A program made the translations under genes and the position numbers. From an uncultured Acidobacteriota bacterium (GTDB lineage Bacteria > Acidobacteriota > Vicinamibacteria > Vicinamibacterales > UBA2999): 64,000 nucleotides of DNA. Positions within the stretch are counted from its first letter, which is position 1; every line of letters begins with the position of its first letter. Shown piece after piece: positions 1 through 10,414 of this stretch. The notes beneath the pieces are model-generated. The model was not told where the DNA came from. It ran no database searches and was given only the letters and a program-made list of their open reading frames with translations. Location of the stretch: contig CAWFTF010000024.1 in NCBI GenBank assembly GCA_963818645.1, positions 61,493-125,492 of the forward strand, read 5' to 3'.

Positions 1-303
1 GTGCGCCTCGGCGTTCTGATCACCGCAATACCGATCGCCTACGCCTGGAATGCGTCCTTTCGCGGGTGGTCGCCGTTGCGCGATTTCGGCATCGCGTCTC
101 TCTTCGTGTATTGGATACACGTGGAGATGGTCTACGGCGTGGTGAGCTTCTGGCTTCACAAGGCACTGACTTTCGAGCAGGCCTTGCTGTCCTATATCGC
201 CTTCAGCCTTTTCCTTTATGGGCTGGTCAGACTGAAGGACCGCTTCGTTCGGAGTCCGGTGTCCCCTCCGCCTCCATCGCTCGCACCCTCTCACGGCATC
301 TGA
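1..303 (+). CDS. C-terminal part of a multi-pass membrane protein (acyltransferase/DUF1624-like), 5' truncated by window edge
   Basis: Hydrophobic segments and a GxxSLxxYxxH-type motif (FGIASLFVYWIH); runs off the window start. Confidence 0.5.
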   Translation: MRLGVLITAIPIAYAWNASFRGWSPLRDFGIASLFVYWIHVEMVYGVVSFWLHKALTFEQALLSYIAFSLFLYGLVRLKDRFVRSPVSPPPPSLAPSHGI

Positions 304-468
304 AACTCGGCTGAGTTTCGCCTGTGCGTCCATTTCTGCACAGGCATTCGACTGTGCCTGACGATTCATTCCTGCGGAATTTCGATAACTAGCGATAATT
401 CATACGTTTGGAGAGTTGCAGCGTCTCTGTGGCCGAGCTTGGCTCAGGGAGAAAGCCGACAAAACGGG

Positions 469-498
469 TTGAGATTATGGGCGACTGGCCGCTACAAT
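469..498 (+). promoter_or_regulatory. putative sigma70 promoter of the DGQHR gene
   Basis: TTGAGA-N18-TACAAT, about 45 nt upstream of ATG 545. Confidence 0.4.
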
Positions 499-544
499 TC
501 GCCTCTTCCGTGAACGGAATCATCGCAGACGGACAAATACACGA

Positions 545-1675
545 ATGATTAACGTCGCCGCCATCCGAATGCAGCAGTTCGGGGTCCGGTTCTATCAGGC
601 CTCGCTGACCGCTGGAGACATCGACAAGCTAGTGCGCTTCGAAGTGCTCAACTACGGCGATTCCGGACAACCGGTCCGTGGTGGCAACAAGAAGGCGCCA
701 TCGAAGGTCAATTGGGACCTGCTCGAACGTCGCATCGCCTCGAGCGAGAAGGCCTATCAGCGCCAGATCATCAGGCGAAAAATTGACGAACTCGTGCAGT
801 ACTACGAGCAATGCCGCCAGGCTCGCGACCTTCCGTCGATCGCGGGCGCTGTGATCATCTCGTGCGACGAGAAGCTCGCGTTCGAGCCCGTCTCTGAGGG
901 CGCGTCGATCGGCCGTCTCAAGGTGCCCGAGCGAGAGGGTATTCTGCGCGCGATCGACGGCCAGCACCGCCTGCTCGCGCTGCACGCCGACATCGACAAC
1001 ATCAAGGACGAGGACTTCACGGTGCCGGCGATCATCTTCGATCGTCTGCCGGAAGATCACGTCGTGCAGATGTTTGTGACGATCAATGCAAAGCACACGC
1101 GCCTCAATGCGTCGCACCTCGTCAGCCTGTCCGGCCGTCAGCTGTATCGCGACGACGCGTTGGCCGCGGCGCATGATGTCGTTCGGGCACTGAACGATCG
1201 CGAGGATTCTCCGCTTCACGGCGAGATCAAGCTGCTTGGCGTCGGCCACGGGCGAGTGGCACAGGCACCGATCGCGCAGGAACTGAAGAGGCTGTTCGCG
1301 AGCGACGCGTTCGGCGGGCCGCGGAAGGCCGCGGATTTCCGCGAAGAGTCGAAGAAGTTCTTCGTGAATTACTTCAAGCAGGTTTCCGTTGTGTTCGGCG
1401 TGGCGTGGAACGGACGGAAGTACAGCATCAAGTCGGCGACGGCACTTCGTGCGTTCATTCGTGTTGCACCGGATGTGGTGCGGAGGCTCGACCAGGAGCA
1501 CGCCGATCGCACCGACTATCGGGCAATTGGCCGCGTGATAGCACCCTGGGGTCGTCGAATCGGAAACGTCAGGTTCGAGAGCGAGGGCGTGTGGAAGCGC
1601 GCCGGTACGACCGTCGATTCACTTGCCCGTGAACTGAAGCTGGCGTTGGAATACCCGGAAGGGGCGGGCGTTTAG
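545..1675 (+). CDS. DGQHR domain protein (DndB/ParB-like fold)
   Basis: Contains YQR, IDGQHRL and MFVTIN motifs typical of DGQHR proteins. Confidence 0.85.
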   Translation: MINVAAIRMQQFGVRFYQASLTAGDIDKLVRFEVLNYGDSGQPVRGGNKKAPSKVNWDLLERRIASSEKAYQRQIIRRKIDELVQYYEQCRQARDLPSIAGAVIISCDEKLAFEPVSEGASIGRLKVPEREGILRAIDGQHRLLALHADIDNIKDEDFTVPAIIFDRLPEDHVVQMFVTINAKHTRLNASHLVSLSGRQLYRDDALAAAHDVVRALNDREDSPLHGEIKLLGVGHGRVAQAPIAQELKRLFASDAFGGPRKAADFREESKKFFVNYFKQVSVVFGVAWNGRKYSIKSATALRAFIRVAPDVVRRLDQEHADRTDYRAIGRVIAPWGRRIGNVRFESEGVWKRAGTTVDSLARELKLALEYPEGAGV

Positions 1676-1680
1676 GGCTG

Positions 1681-1723
1681 AAAAGAATACAGGACGGGGC
1701 GCCCGTTAAGGTGCCCCATCCTG
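1681..1723 (-). terminator. Rho-independent terminator (minus strand)
   Basis: 14-bp stem CAGGATGGGGCACC/GGCGCCCCGTCCTG with one mismatch, followed by TATTCTTTT on the minus strand. Confidence 0.7.
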
Positions 1724-1785
1724 CAAATGCCAGCCTGGCTCCCCCCAGCATTTACGGCGCCCTGCCGTAAACCACAGGCCGACCC
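1681..1785 (-). ncRNA. candidate sigma54-dependent small RNA
   Basis: Lies between a minus-strand -24/-12 promoter and a minus-strand intrinsic terminator; contains an 8-bp hairpin (1751-1771); no credible ORF. Confidence 0.5.
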
Positions 1786-1796
1786 CAAGCAAAGAG

Positions 1797-1811
1797 GCAA
1801 TGGGCATGCCG
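1797..1811 (-). promoter_or_regulatory. sigma54 (-24/-12) promoter
   Basis: Minus strand CGGCATGCCCATTGC versus consensus TGGCACG-N4-TTGC, with exact GG-N10-GC spacing. Confidence 0.65.
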
Positions 1812-1896
1812 AGCCATTTCCTTAGGAAAAATCGCTAGTGCGAGCGTTTCACGCCCTCAGGAACGTGGGAAGAATTACACGACTGTCTGCACAGTA

Positions 1897-2671
1897 ATGC
1901 GTCTCGATTTGAACGCGGATGTCGGTGAATCGTTCGGCGAGTACAAGCTCGGCCAGGACGGGCTACTGATGCCCTCGATCACCTCCGCCAGCATCGCGTG
2001 CGGCTTTCACGCGGGCGATCCCGGCGTGATGCGGGAGACCATCGCGTTGGCTCAACAGCACGGCGTAGCGGTGGGCGCGCACCCGTCCTTTCCCGACCTC
2101 GTTGGGTTCGGACGTCGTGAGATGCGAGCGACGCCGCGCGAGGTCGAAGATTTCGTCGTGTATCAGATTGGCGCACTGGCGGCGGTGGCCGCCGCCGGCG
2201 GGAATGCGCCTCCAGCACGTGAAGGCCCACGGCGCGCTCTACAACATGGCGGTCCGTGACGCGACCCTTGCGGACGCTATCGCACGCGCAACCGCCTCAG
2301 TCGATCGCTCGCTGATTTTGTTCGGACTGCCGGGCTCGGAGTTGATCGCCGCCGGCACGCGAGCAGGATTGCGTACCGCGCGCGAGGGGTTTGCCGACCG
2401 TGCCTACAGACCAGACGGCACACTCGTCCGGCGTAGTGAGCCGGGCGCCGTCATCGAGGATCAGGAGTCCGTTGTGAATCGCGCAATCTCCATGGCTCGC
2501 GATCGCGCAGTCAACGCGATCGACGGCTCGCGTGTTGCTCTCGAGGTGGAAACGATCTGCGTGCACGGCGACACGCCGGGCGCGGCAGTGCTCGCGTCAC
2601 GCATTCGGAAGGCGCTGATCGATGCCGGTGTCAGCGTTCTGCCTGTAGGTGCCGCGAGCGGCGTCAGTTAG
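1897..2671 (+). CDS. pxpA: 5-oxoprolinase subunit A (LamB/YcsF family); frameshift near 2200
   Basis: [38 protein letters not shown] and TICVHGD are split across two frames. Confidence 0.9.
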
Positions 2672-4369
2672 AGCTCATGGTTTCCGCAACGAGCACACGC
2701 CGCAGAACCTTTCCCACCATCGTCTTCGGCAGCTCGGTACGGAACTCGACGTAGGCCGGAACTTTGTAGGGCGCCAGCCGTTCTCGACAGTACGCGCGGA
2801 TCTCGTCCGACGTTGGTCGCCTTGACCACATCGCGCTTGAGGACGACCCAGGCCTTCGCGACTTCGCCTTTGACCGGATCGGGGATGCCGGCGACACCGA
2901 CCTCCAGCACCGCCGGATGCGCGGAAATGACCTCTTCGATCTCGCGCGGCCACACCTGGAATCCGCTCGTCTTCAGCATGTCCTTCTTGCGATCGACGAG
3001 GAACACGTAGCCGTCCTCATCGATGTAGGCCAGGTCGCCGGTGTGCAGCCACACCTTGCCGTCATCGTCACGACGTCGAAGTGTCTCCTGCGTCTCGAGA
3101 GGGTTGTTCCAATATTCCAGCATGTGTTGCGGCGAGTGCATGATCAACTCGCCGACTTCACCAGCGGGCTTGTCACCGACCCCTGTCTCGGCGTCGACGA
3201 TCCTGACCTCGACGTCGGGCAGCGGCAGACCAATCGATCCGATCTTGTTCTTCCCTCGCACCGGGTTCACGCAGCAGGCCATCATGCCTTCGGTCAGCGA
3301 GTACCCCTCGACGATGCGAGCGCCGGTTTTCTCCTCGAACTGCCGTTTGGTTTCAGCCATCAGGGCGGCGGAACCCGAGAAGCACAACTTGATCGAGCTC
3401 AGGTCGATCTTTCCCGCGCGCACCTCCGGATGGTTGAGGATCGCGGTGTAGAGCGTCGGCACGCCGTTGAAAAACGCCGGCTTGACTGTGTCGATCGTTT
3501 TCAGCAGGTCGTTGATGTCGCGGGGATTCGGCACGAGCGAGATCGGGTTCGGCCCGAGGAAGGCCATCGGCTGAACACCCACGTTCGCGTACACGTGAAA
3601 GAGCGGCAGTGGCAGCATGATGACGTCCACCCACGGTCTCTTCGCCGACTTCGTCCACTCGTACAACTGTCTCCCGGCGGCGACGTAGTGCCTGTGAAGT
3701 CCGACGACACCTTTGGGTGTTCCAGTCGTTCCACCGCTCGACAGGATGACAGCGGGGTCGTCGGGCCCGACGGACACAGACGGCTGGGCCGAGCCGCCGT
3801 GCGCGCGAATCAGATCGGCCATCCACAAATCTCCGGCGGCGAGCCGGATGCGATGTCCTTCTTTCTTCTCCTTGAGGATCGTGAACAGCACGCGCAGGAC
3901 GGCGGGCAGATACTCCTTGATTGACGTGGCAATCACGTGCTCCAGGCCGACAGCGTCCTTGCACGCGCTTCACCCGCTCGTAGAACGCCGTCAGCGTGAC
4001 GATCGTCTTCGCACGCGTCGCGTCGAGCATGCCCTCGATCTCGCGCTCCGTGTAGGTCGGGTTGACTGCCACCACCACAGCGCCGATCTTCCAGACACCG
4101 ATTTCAGCGATGAGAAACTGCGGACAGTTGGGAAGCAGAAGCGCGACGCGGTCGCCCTTGCGAACACCGAGACTCCACAGCGCGGCGGCGAACGCCGTGC
4201 TCGCCGCGTCGAGCTCGCCGTACGAGACGGTTCTGCCCTTGAACAGCAGCGCGGCCTTGTCGGCGTGATCGCGCGCGAGCGTGGTCAGGTAGTCCAGGAG
4301 CGTGCAGTCGGGATACGGAACGAGCGTGGCAGGGACGTCGTCGTCGTAATGCGCGAGCCAGGGCTTCAC
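2664..4369 (-). CDS. long-chain fatty acid--CoA ligase (AMP-binding); frameshifts near 3955 and 2810
   Basis: [29 protein letters not shown] and [12 protein letters not shown] motifs across three frames. Confidence 0.9.
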
Positions 4370-4392
4370 GCAGGGATTCTACAAGGCTCTGC

Positions 4393-5345
4393 CTATCCGA
4401 CCAGCATCGATAGCAGCGCCTTCTGCGTGTGCAGGCGATTTTCCGCCTGATCGAAGACTACCGACGCGGAGGAATCGATGACATCGGACGTGACCTCTTC
4501 GCCGCGATGGGCGGGCAGGCAGTGCATGAAGAGGGCATTCGGATCGGCCGCGGCCATCAGCTCGGCGTTGACCTGGTAGGGCATGAAGATACGACGTCGG
4601 GCTGTGGCCTCAGCCTCCTCGCCCATCGACGCCCACACATCCGTGTAGACGGCATTGACGCCTTCGACGGCGCGTCGTGGATCGGAGAAGAGCCGAACCG
4701 TTGCGCCATCTCGCGCGATACGCCCAACCTCATCGACGACGGAATCAGGTAACTCGTAGCCGGAGGGAGACGCCACGTGAACGGTGACGCCGAGCATGCA
4801 CGCCACCTGGGCGAGTGACGTCGCGACGTTGTTGCCGTCGCCGACGAACGCGATTGTGCGGCCGCGGCAATCGCCCCATCGCTCACGCAACGTGAACGCG
4901 TCGGCGAGCGCCTGGCACGGATGCTCTTCGTCGGTGAGCGCGTTGATGACGTGCAGGTCGCGCCCGGCGGCTGCCAGCGTTGCGGCTTTCTCCTGGGCGA
5001 ACGTGCGAATCACCAGGGCGCGAACCCATCGCTCCAGGTTGCGCGCGATGTCCTGAAGAGGCTCGCGCGTGCCTTCTGCCAATGCGGCCGGGAGATGCAG
5101 CGTATCCCCGCCCAGCTCGCGAATCGGCAATCTCGAATGTCGATCGCGTGCGTAGCGATGGCTTTTCGAACAGCAGCGCGACGTGCAAGCCGGCGAGTGC
5201 CGTCGCCAGGCGGCGCCTGGCGTCCGAGCCGCCGGTCGGCCTTCATCTGTGCCGAGACTCGCAGCAACCGGTCGAGATCGTCTGGAGACAGATCGAGGAT
5301 CGATAGAAAGTCCTTGGCGAAATGCGGCGGCGCAGAGCTATCCAT
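4393..5345 (-). CDS. argF: ornithine carbamoyltransferase; frameshifts near 5200 and 5128
   Basis: KDFLSILDL, FEKPSLRTR, HPCQALAD, GDGNNV, HCLP and QAENR; last gene of the arg operon. Confidence 0.92.
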
Positions 5346-5398
5346 TTTCCCAGACCCTTCGACAGGCAACCGGCGAAGACGCAATCGATCGCGTCGTT

Positions 5399-6637
5399 TT
5401 ATGTTCGATACTCGCCGTTGATGCGCACGTACTCGGCGCTGAGATCGCATGTCCAGATCGTCGCGGACTGATGTCCACCGGTGCCCAGGCTGACCTCGAT
5501 CTGGATGTCCTTGCCCTTCAAGTGCTCCGCCGCGCGCGGCGCTGCGTCGTCATGCGGCAGCCCATTCTCGAACAGGAGAATCTTGCCCACATGCACGGTG
5601 GCACGCTGCACGTCGAACTTCACGCCCGCGCGTCCGGCAGCCGCGACGATGCGACCCCAGTTCGGGTCCGCGCCGTGAACGGCGGTCTTGACCAGCGGAG
5701 AGTTGGCGATGGTGCGCGCAACCTGGCGCGCCTCGTCGATGGTCCGCGCGTCGCGGACTTCAACGCTGATCAACTTCGTCGCGCCCTCGCCACCGCGCAC
5801 GATCCCGAGCGCGAGCTCTCTCGACACGGTGAGGAAGGCTTCGATGAGAGCAGGATAGAGCTCCTCGTCGACCGTGACACCGCTCGCGCCTGACGCCAGG
5901 GCAAACAACGAGTCGTTGGTCGAGCACTCGCCGTCCACGGTGATGGCGTTGAATGTATCGCGTCCGGATTCGCGCAGCGCGCGATCGAGCAACGCCGGAC
6001 TGACGCCGGCGTCAGTCGTGAGGAAGCCGAGCATCGTGGCCATGTTGGGCTCGATCATGCCCGAGCCCTTCGCGGTGCCGCCAACCGTAAACGATCCCCG
6101 CCCTGTCTGGACAGTGACCGCGTACTCCTTCGGAAACGGATCCGTCGTCATGATGGCGCGCGCAGTCTCGCTGCCCTTGCCACGGGCGAGTGCGCCGACC
6201 GCACCGGCTATGCCGGTTGAGACGCGATCCATCTTGAGATTGACGCCAATAACGCCGGTCGATGCCACGAGCACTTCGCTCGGATCGCACGCCAGCGCCG
6301 CAGCCACATCGGTGGCCATGCGCCCGGCATCCGACATCCCCTGGTCGCCGGTGCAGGCGTTGGCGCAGCCGCTGTTCACCACGATCGCTCGCGCGACGCC
6401 ACCGGTCCGCGCGAGATGACGCTTCGAGATGAGCACCGGCGCCGCCTGCGCGAGGTTCGTCGTGAAGAGTCCGGCCGCAGAGGCGGCCGTATCGGCCGCA
6501 ATGACGGCGAGATCGAGCGCGTTGGCTTTGGCCTTGATCCCACAGTGAAGCGCGGCCGAGCGAAAGCCTTTCGGCGCCGTGATGCCCCCTTCGGTGGGGG
6601 TGATCGTCAGATCCCGAACGGTGATTGCCTCAGGCAT
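5399..6637 (-). CDS. argJ: glutamate N-acetyltransferase / ornithine acetyltransferase
   Basis: NSGCANACTG, IMTTD, KGSGMIEPNMATML, STND, GEGATK and SPLVKTA. Confidence 0.96.
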   Translation of the reverse strand: MPEAITVRDLTITPTEGGITAPKGFRSAALHCGIKAKANALDLAVIAADTAASAAGLFTTNLAQAAPVLISKRHLARTGGVARAIVVNSGCANACTGDQGMSDAGRMATDVAAALACDPSEVLVASTGVIGVNLKMDRVSTGIAGAVGALARGKGSETARAIMTTDPFPKEYAVTVQTGRGSFTVGGTAKGSGMIEPNMATMLGFLTTDAGVSPALLDRALRESGRDTFNAITVDGECSTNDSLFALASGASGVTVDEELYPALIEAFLTVSRELALGIVRGGEGATKLISVEVRDARTIDEARQVARTIANSPLVKTAVHGADPNWGRIVAAAGRAGVKFDVQRATVHVGKILLFENGLPHDDAAPRAAEHLKGKDIQIEVSLGTGGHQSATIWTCDLSAEYVRINGEYRT

Positions 6638-7217
6638 GTGTGGAGTGGGCAGGCACGCGCGACGACTGCATGCGAATGAGCGGCAACATCACCGCGTACT
6701 GCCCGCAGTGGCGGAACTGAGCGCACGTGCGGCAGTCGGCCTCGATCTTTTCCGGCACCCATGTGTGCGGCACGATCGAGAACCCCAGCTGGACGAAGTA
6801 ACCCGGCGTGTGGGTGAACGCCGTCAATGATTCGAAGCCTGATGCGAGCGCACGCTTTTCGAGCTCCCGCACCAGACGTCGGCCAACCCCGCAGGAGCGA
6901 ACGCCGCCTGCTACCACCAGGGAGCGCACCTCTGCTACCCGCCGGCTCAGAGGCGCCAGATCCGCACAGCCAACCACGCGCCCGTCCTCAACCGCAACGA
7001 CGAAGCGAGCGATGCGGGCGGCGATCTCGTCGCGGCTTCTCGGGAGCAGCCGTCCTTCGATCATGTGCTCGGACACGAGTCGATGGATGGCGTCGACGTC
7101 GGCGTCAGTCGCGGCACGCACGATCGACTCGACGTCGACTTCGTGCTCGACGACGCCGACCGAGCGCGATGCCGATCGGGACTTCATTTTCTGAATCTCG
7201 ATCACTGCTGTGCTCAT
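6630..7217 (-). CDS. short GNAT-type amino-acid N-acetyltransferase (ArgA-like)
   Basis: LLPRS..EI, AEVRSL, FVQLGF and KIEADCRTC..F..C; located inside the arg operon; own ATG at 7217 overlaps the argD stop (ATGA). Confidence 0.75.
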   Translation of the reverse strand: MSTAVIEIQKMKSRSASRSVGVVEHEVDVESIVRAATDADVDAIHRLVSEHMIEGRLLPRSRDEIAARIARFVVAVEDGRVVGCADLAPLSRRVAEVRSLVVAGGVRSCGVGRRLVRELEKRALASGFESLTAFTHTPGYFVQLGFSIVPHTWVPEKIEADCRTCAQFRHCGQYAVMLPLIRMQSSRVPAHSTHA

Positions 7218-8429
7218 GCGTGCACCTCGGCGGGGACTGCCGCCAGAACGGCATCGAGGATGTCGATCCCGGCATCGAGTCTCCGCTGCGGTGATCGTCA
7301 GTGGGGGAAGAAGCCGAACGACCTTCTCGTTCGTGCGATTCACGAGCAGTCCGCGCTCGCGCGCCAGATCGACGACCGCCGTGGCATCGACGCGGAGTTC
7401 GACTCCACGCATCAGCCCCGCGCCCCGCACCTCGACGATGACCGGGTGCTTGAGAGCGAGCGATCGAAGACGCCGTTCCAGGTGATCGCCGACCGAGCGC
7501 ACGTGATCGAGCAGGCCGCGCTCCATCAGTTCTTCGAGGAAGAACGACGCGGCGCGAGTCGCGAGCAGGTTGCCACCGTAGGTGGTGCCGTGGTCGCCGG
7601 TCGAGATCGTCTGCGCAACTTTCTCCGAGACCAGAGCGGCGCCGACCGGTACACCAGAGCCCAACGCCTTTCCGACTGACACCAGCGCCGGTTCCCAGCC
7701 GAGTGCCTGGAAGTGGAACGGGTGCCCGGTTCGACCGAGGCCGGTCTGCACTTCGTCTGCGATGAGCAACGTTCCGGTGCTGCGGCAGACGTCGGCTATC
7801 GCGTCGGAGAACGCGCGGGGCAGCGGGCGAACACCGCCTTCACCTCGGATCGGTTCCGCGATGATTGCTGCCGTTTTGTCGCTGACCGCCGCGTACAGCG
7901 ATTCGGGGGAATTCGGATCGACGAACGTGACGGGCCCGAGCAGCGGCGCAAAAGGCGTCCGATAGTGTTCGTCCCATGTCACCGAGAGCGCACCCATCGT
8001 GCGGCCGGCGAACGCATTCTCGATGGCGACGAATCCCGTGCGGTCCTTGACGCCCAGCGTGTGCCAATAGCGGCGCGCGAACTTGAGACACGCTTCGTTG
8101 GCCTCTGCGCCGCTGTTGCAGAAGAACACGCGGGACATCCCCGAGAGCTTCGCCAGGCGCGCCGCGGCCTCCGCCTGATACGGGTGGTAATAGAGGTTCG
8201 ACGTGTGCAGTAGCGTGTGTGCCTGGTCCGCGATTGCAGCGGCGAGACCCGGATGCGCATGTCCGAGTGACGCAACACCAATCCCGGAGACGAAGTCGAG
8301 GTACTCACGGCCATCGACGTCGTAGAGACGCGGGCCCTTGCCCTTCACGAACGCCACCGGCTGACGACGGTAGGTGTGGAGGACGTATTGGGATTCTCGC
8401 GTCTGTATGCTGTCGAAGGTCGTATTCAT
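7214..8429 (-). CDS. argD: acetylornithine aminotransferase; frameshift near 7275 gives an apparent fusion to the next gene
   Basis: Class III PLP aminotransferase motifs NSGAEANE, IADEVQTGLGRTG, GKALG, HGTTYGGN and RLLPPL. Confidence 0.92.
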
Positions 8430-9275
8430 CGCACCACCTGGGTGCACCCTGTAAGAGGCGTTGAGGAGTCGGCCAGGGTGCCCAGCCGAGTCTTCCTGCC
8501 GTCGGCGATTACCACATCGCCGACACCTGCCTGCAGCGCGGCGCGACAGGCCTGGAGCTTTGCCACCATGCCCTTGTTCGCCGTGCCGGCTTTGACCAGA
8601 CGCGCAGCGTCGCGCGTCGTCAGTCGTTCGATCGTCTGTCCCTGCTCGTCGAGCACTCCGGACGTTCCACCGGCGATGACAAGTCGCCGCGCACGAAGCG
8701 CCGAGGCGAGATGCGAGGCAAGCGTGTCTGCGTTGACGTTCAGCAGCTGGCCGTCTCGCGTAGCGCCGATACAAGCCACTATCGGCACATAGCCACCGGC
8801 GAGCAGATCGGTGAGCAGACGTGGCGCGCCGTTGCGCACGGGAGCCCCGACGAGACCAAGATCGACGTGCTCACCAGCCACCGTGACGATCGGCGCGGCC
8901 CGCTTCATCGTCGCAACTGTGGCATCGGCCCCCGTCAGTCCGACCGGGCTGCGCGCCGGCTCGGCGCACGGCCGCGACCAGGCGCGTGTTGATGGCTCCG
9001 GCCAGAACCGAAACAACCACGTCGAGCGTTCGGGCGTCGGTGACGCGAAGTCCGTCAACCTGCTGCTTCGGGATGCCAGCCGTATTGAGCGCGGCGTCGA
9101 TCTCGCGACCGCCTCCGTGCACGACGACGAGCGACGCGTGCTGCGACAGCCGAGCGATCGCCTTGGCGATGCTGTCCAGATCCTCTGGCTGCTCGAGGAG
9201 TTCACCACCGAGCTTCAGTACCAGGGCCGGCTTCTTCGCGCTGCGCACGCGAGTCGATACGGAGGTCCGCTTCAC
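8426..9275 (-). CDS. argB: acetylglutamate kinase; frameshift near 8960
   Basis: VLKLGG, VVVHGGG, GLRVTD, LNVNAD and GMVAKL. Confidence 0.92.
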
Positions 9276-10309
9276 AGCAGGCCCGTCCGTTCGTCGAGGC
9301 CCAGCATGACGTTGAGATTCTGGACTGCCGATCCCGCGGCGCCCTTCAACAGGTTGTCGATGATGGACACGAGCACGATACGGTTGCGCTCCGTATCCAC
9401 CTTCCAGCCGATGTCGCAGAAATTGGTGTGCGCGACGTGCTTGATCTCGGGCAATGCTCCGCCCGTGAGCCGGACGAACGGCGCATCGGCGTAGGCGGCA
9501 GTGAACGCATCGGCGACCTGCTGCTCGGTTGTGCCCGGTTTCAGGGTGCCGTAGATCGTTTCGAGGATCCCACGATCGAGCGGTACGAGATGCGGCACGA
9601 AGGTGACGCTCGACCCCAGCTCCTGCTCGATCTCCGCCGTGTGCCGGTGTTGAAACACGGCATACGCCGCCACGCTGCCGTGGTTCTCCGAAAAGTGCGT
9701 GCGCTCGGACGGTGTCTTGCCCGCGCCTGACACACCCGACTTCGCGTCCACGACGACCGGACCTGTCAGCAGTCCGGCCTGATGCAGCGGTTCGAGAGCA
9801 AGGAGCGCCGCCGTCGGATAGCAACCCGGATTCGAGACGAGGCGCGCACTGCGGATCTCGGCCTGATGGCCCTCGGTCAATCCGTACACGGTTCCTTCGG
9901 GAAGGTCAGTCGTTGCGGGATACCACCGCTGACGATCGGACGCGCTCCGGATACGGAAGGCGCCAGAGAGATCGATCACTCGTGCGCCGCGCTCGAGGAG
10001 CGTTGGCGCCAGTTCCGCCGACGCTGCTTCGGGAAGCGCGAGGAAGATCACATCGGCTTCGCTCACGAGGCGCTCCACGTCGAGCGGCTGCACCGCGCCG
10101 TCCCAGATGCGAGCCAGGGCTGGCAGCGGGCGCGGCGTGCTGGTGGCGCCGGAAGACATCGCAGCCGTCAGCGTCACGCGCGGATGCCGTGCAAGGATGC
10201 GCACCAGTTCCTGTCCGGCATAGCCGGTGGCGCCGGCTATGGCGACGCGCGTCAGGACTTTGTCGGTCGCGTTCGCGCGGTCACGTTCGAGCGGAGTCGT
10301 CAGGGCCAT
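9272..10309 (-). CDS. argC: N-acetyl-gamma-glutamyl-phosphate reductase
   Basis: GATGYAGQEL, DLSGAFR, NPGCYPT, SGVSGAG, HRHTAEI and DNLLKGAAG. Confidence 0.96.
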   Translation of the reverse strand: MALTTPLERDRANATDKVLTRVAIAGATGYAGQELVRILARHPRVTLTAAMSSGATSTPRPLPALARIWDGAVQPLDVERLVSEADVIFLALPEAASAELAPTLLERGARVIDLSGAFRIRSASDRQRWYPATTDLPEGTVYGLTEGHQAEIRSARLVSNPGCYPTAALLALEPLHQAGLLTGPVVVDAKSGVSGAGKTPSERTHFSENHGSVAAYAVFQHRHTAEIEQELGSSVTFVPHLVPLDRGILETIYGTLKPGTTEQQVADAFTAAYADAPFVRLTGGALPEIKHVAHTNFCDIGWKVDTERNRIVLVSIIDNLLKGAAGSAVQNLNVMLGLDERTGLL

Positions 10310-10328
10310 CGTATCCAAGTCTAGGGGA

Positions 10329-10366
10329 AAAGAATATTTATACATTCGAATGTATAAACAGTCAAG
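10329..10366. promoter_or_regulatory. tandem ARG boxes overlapping a sigma70 promoter for argC
   Basis: AAAGAATATTTATACATT-cg-AATGTATAAACAGTCAAG resembles two ARG boxes; minus-strand TTGACT(10365-10360)-N17-TATAAA; AT-rich gap between divergent argC and argR. Confidence 0.75.
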
Positions 10367-10414
10367 TTTTGAGTTATGCTGTGCATTCGGAAGTGACGGC
10401 AGAGAGACAGCGCC

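Noticed and set aside
1569..1751. 60-aa minus-strand ORF as the product of the sigma54 promoter
   Set aside because: It reads through the terminator into the DGQHR gene and has no recognisable features.
6630..8774. Apparent 714-aa ArgD-GNAT fusion
   Set aside because: The ArgD C-terminus turns to nonsense near 7275, and an ATGA stop/start overlap exists at 7214-7217, so it is an indel artefact.
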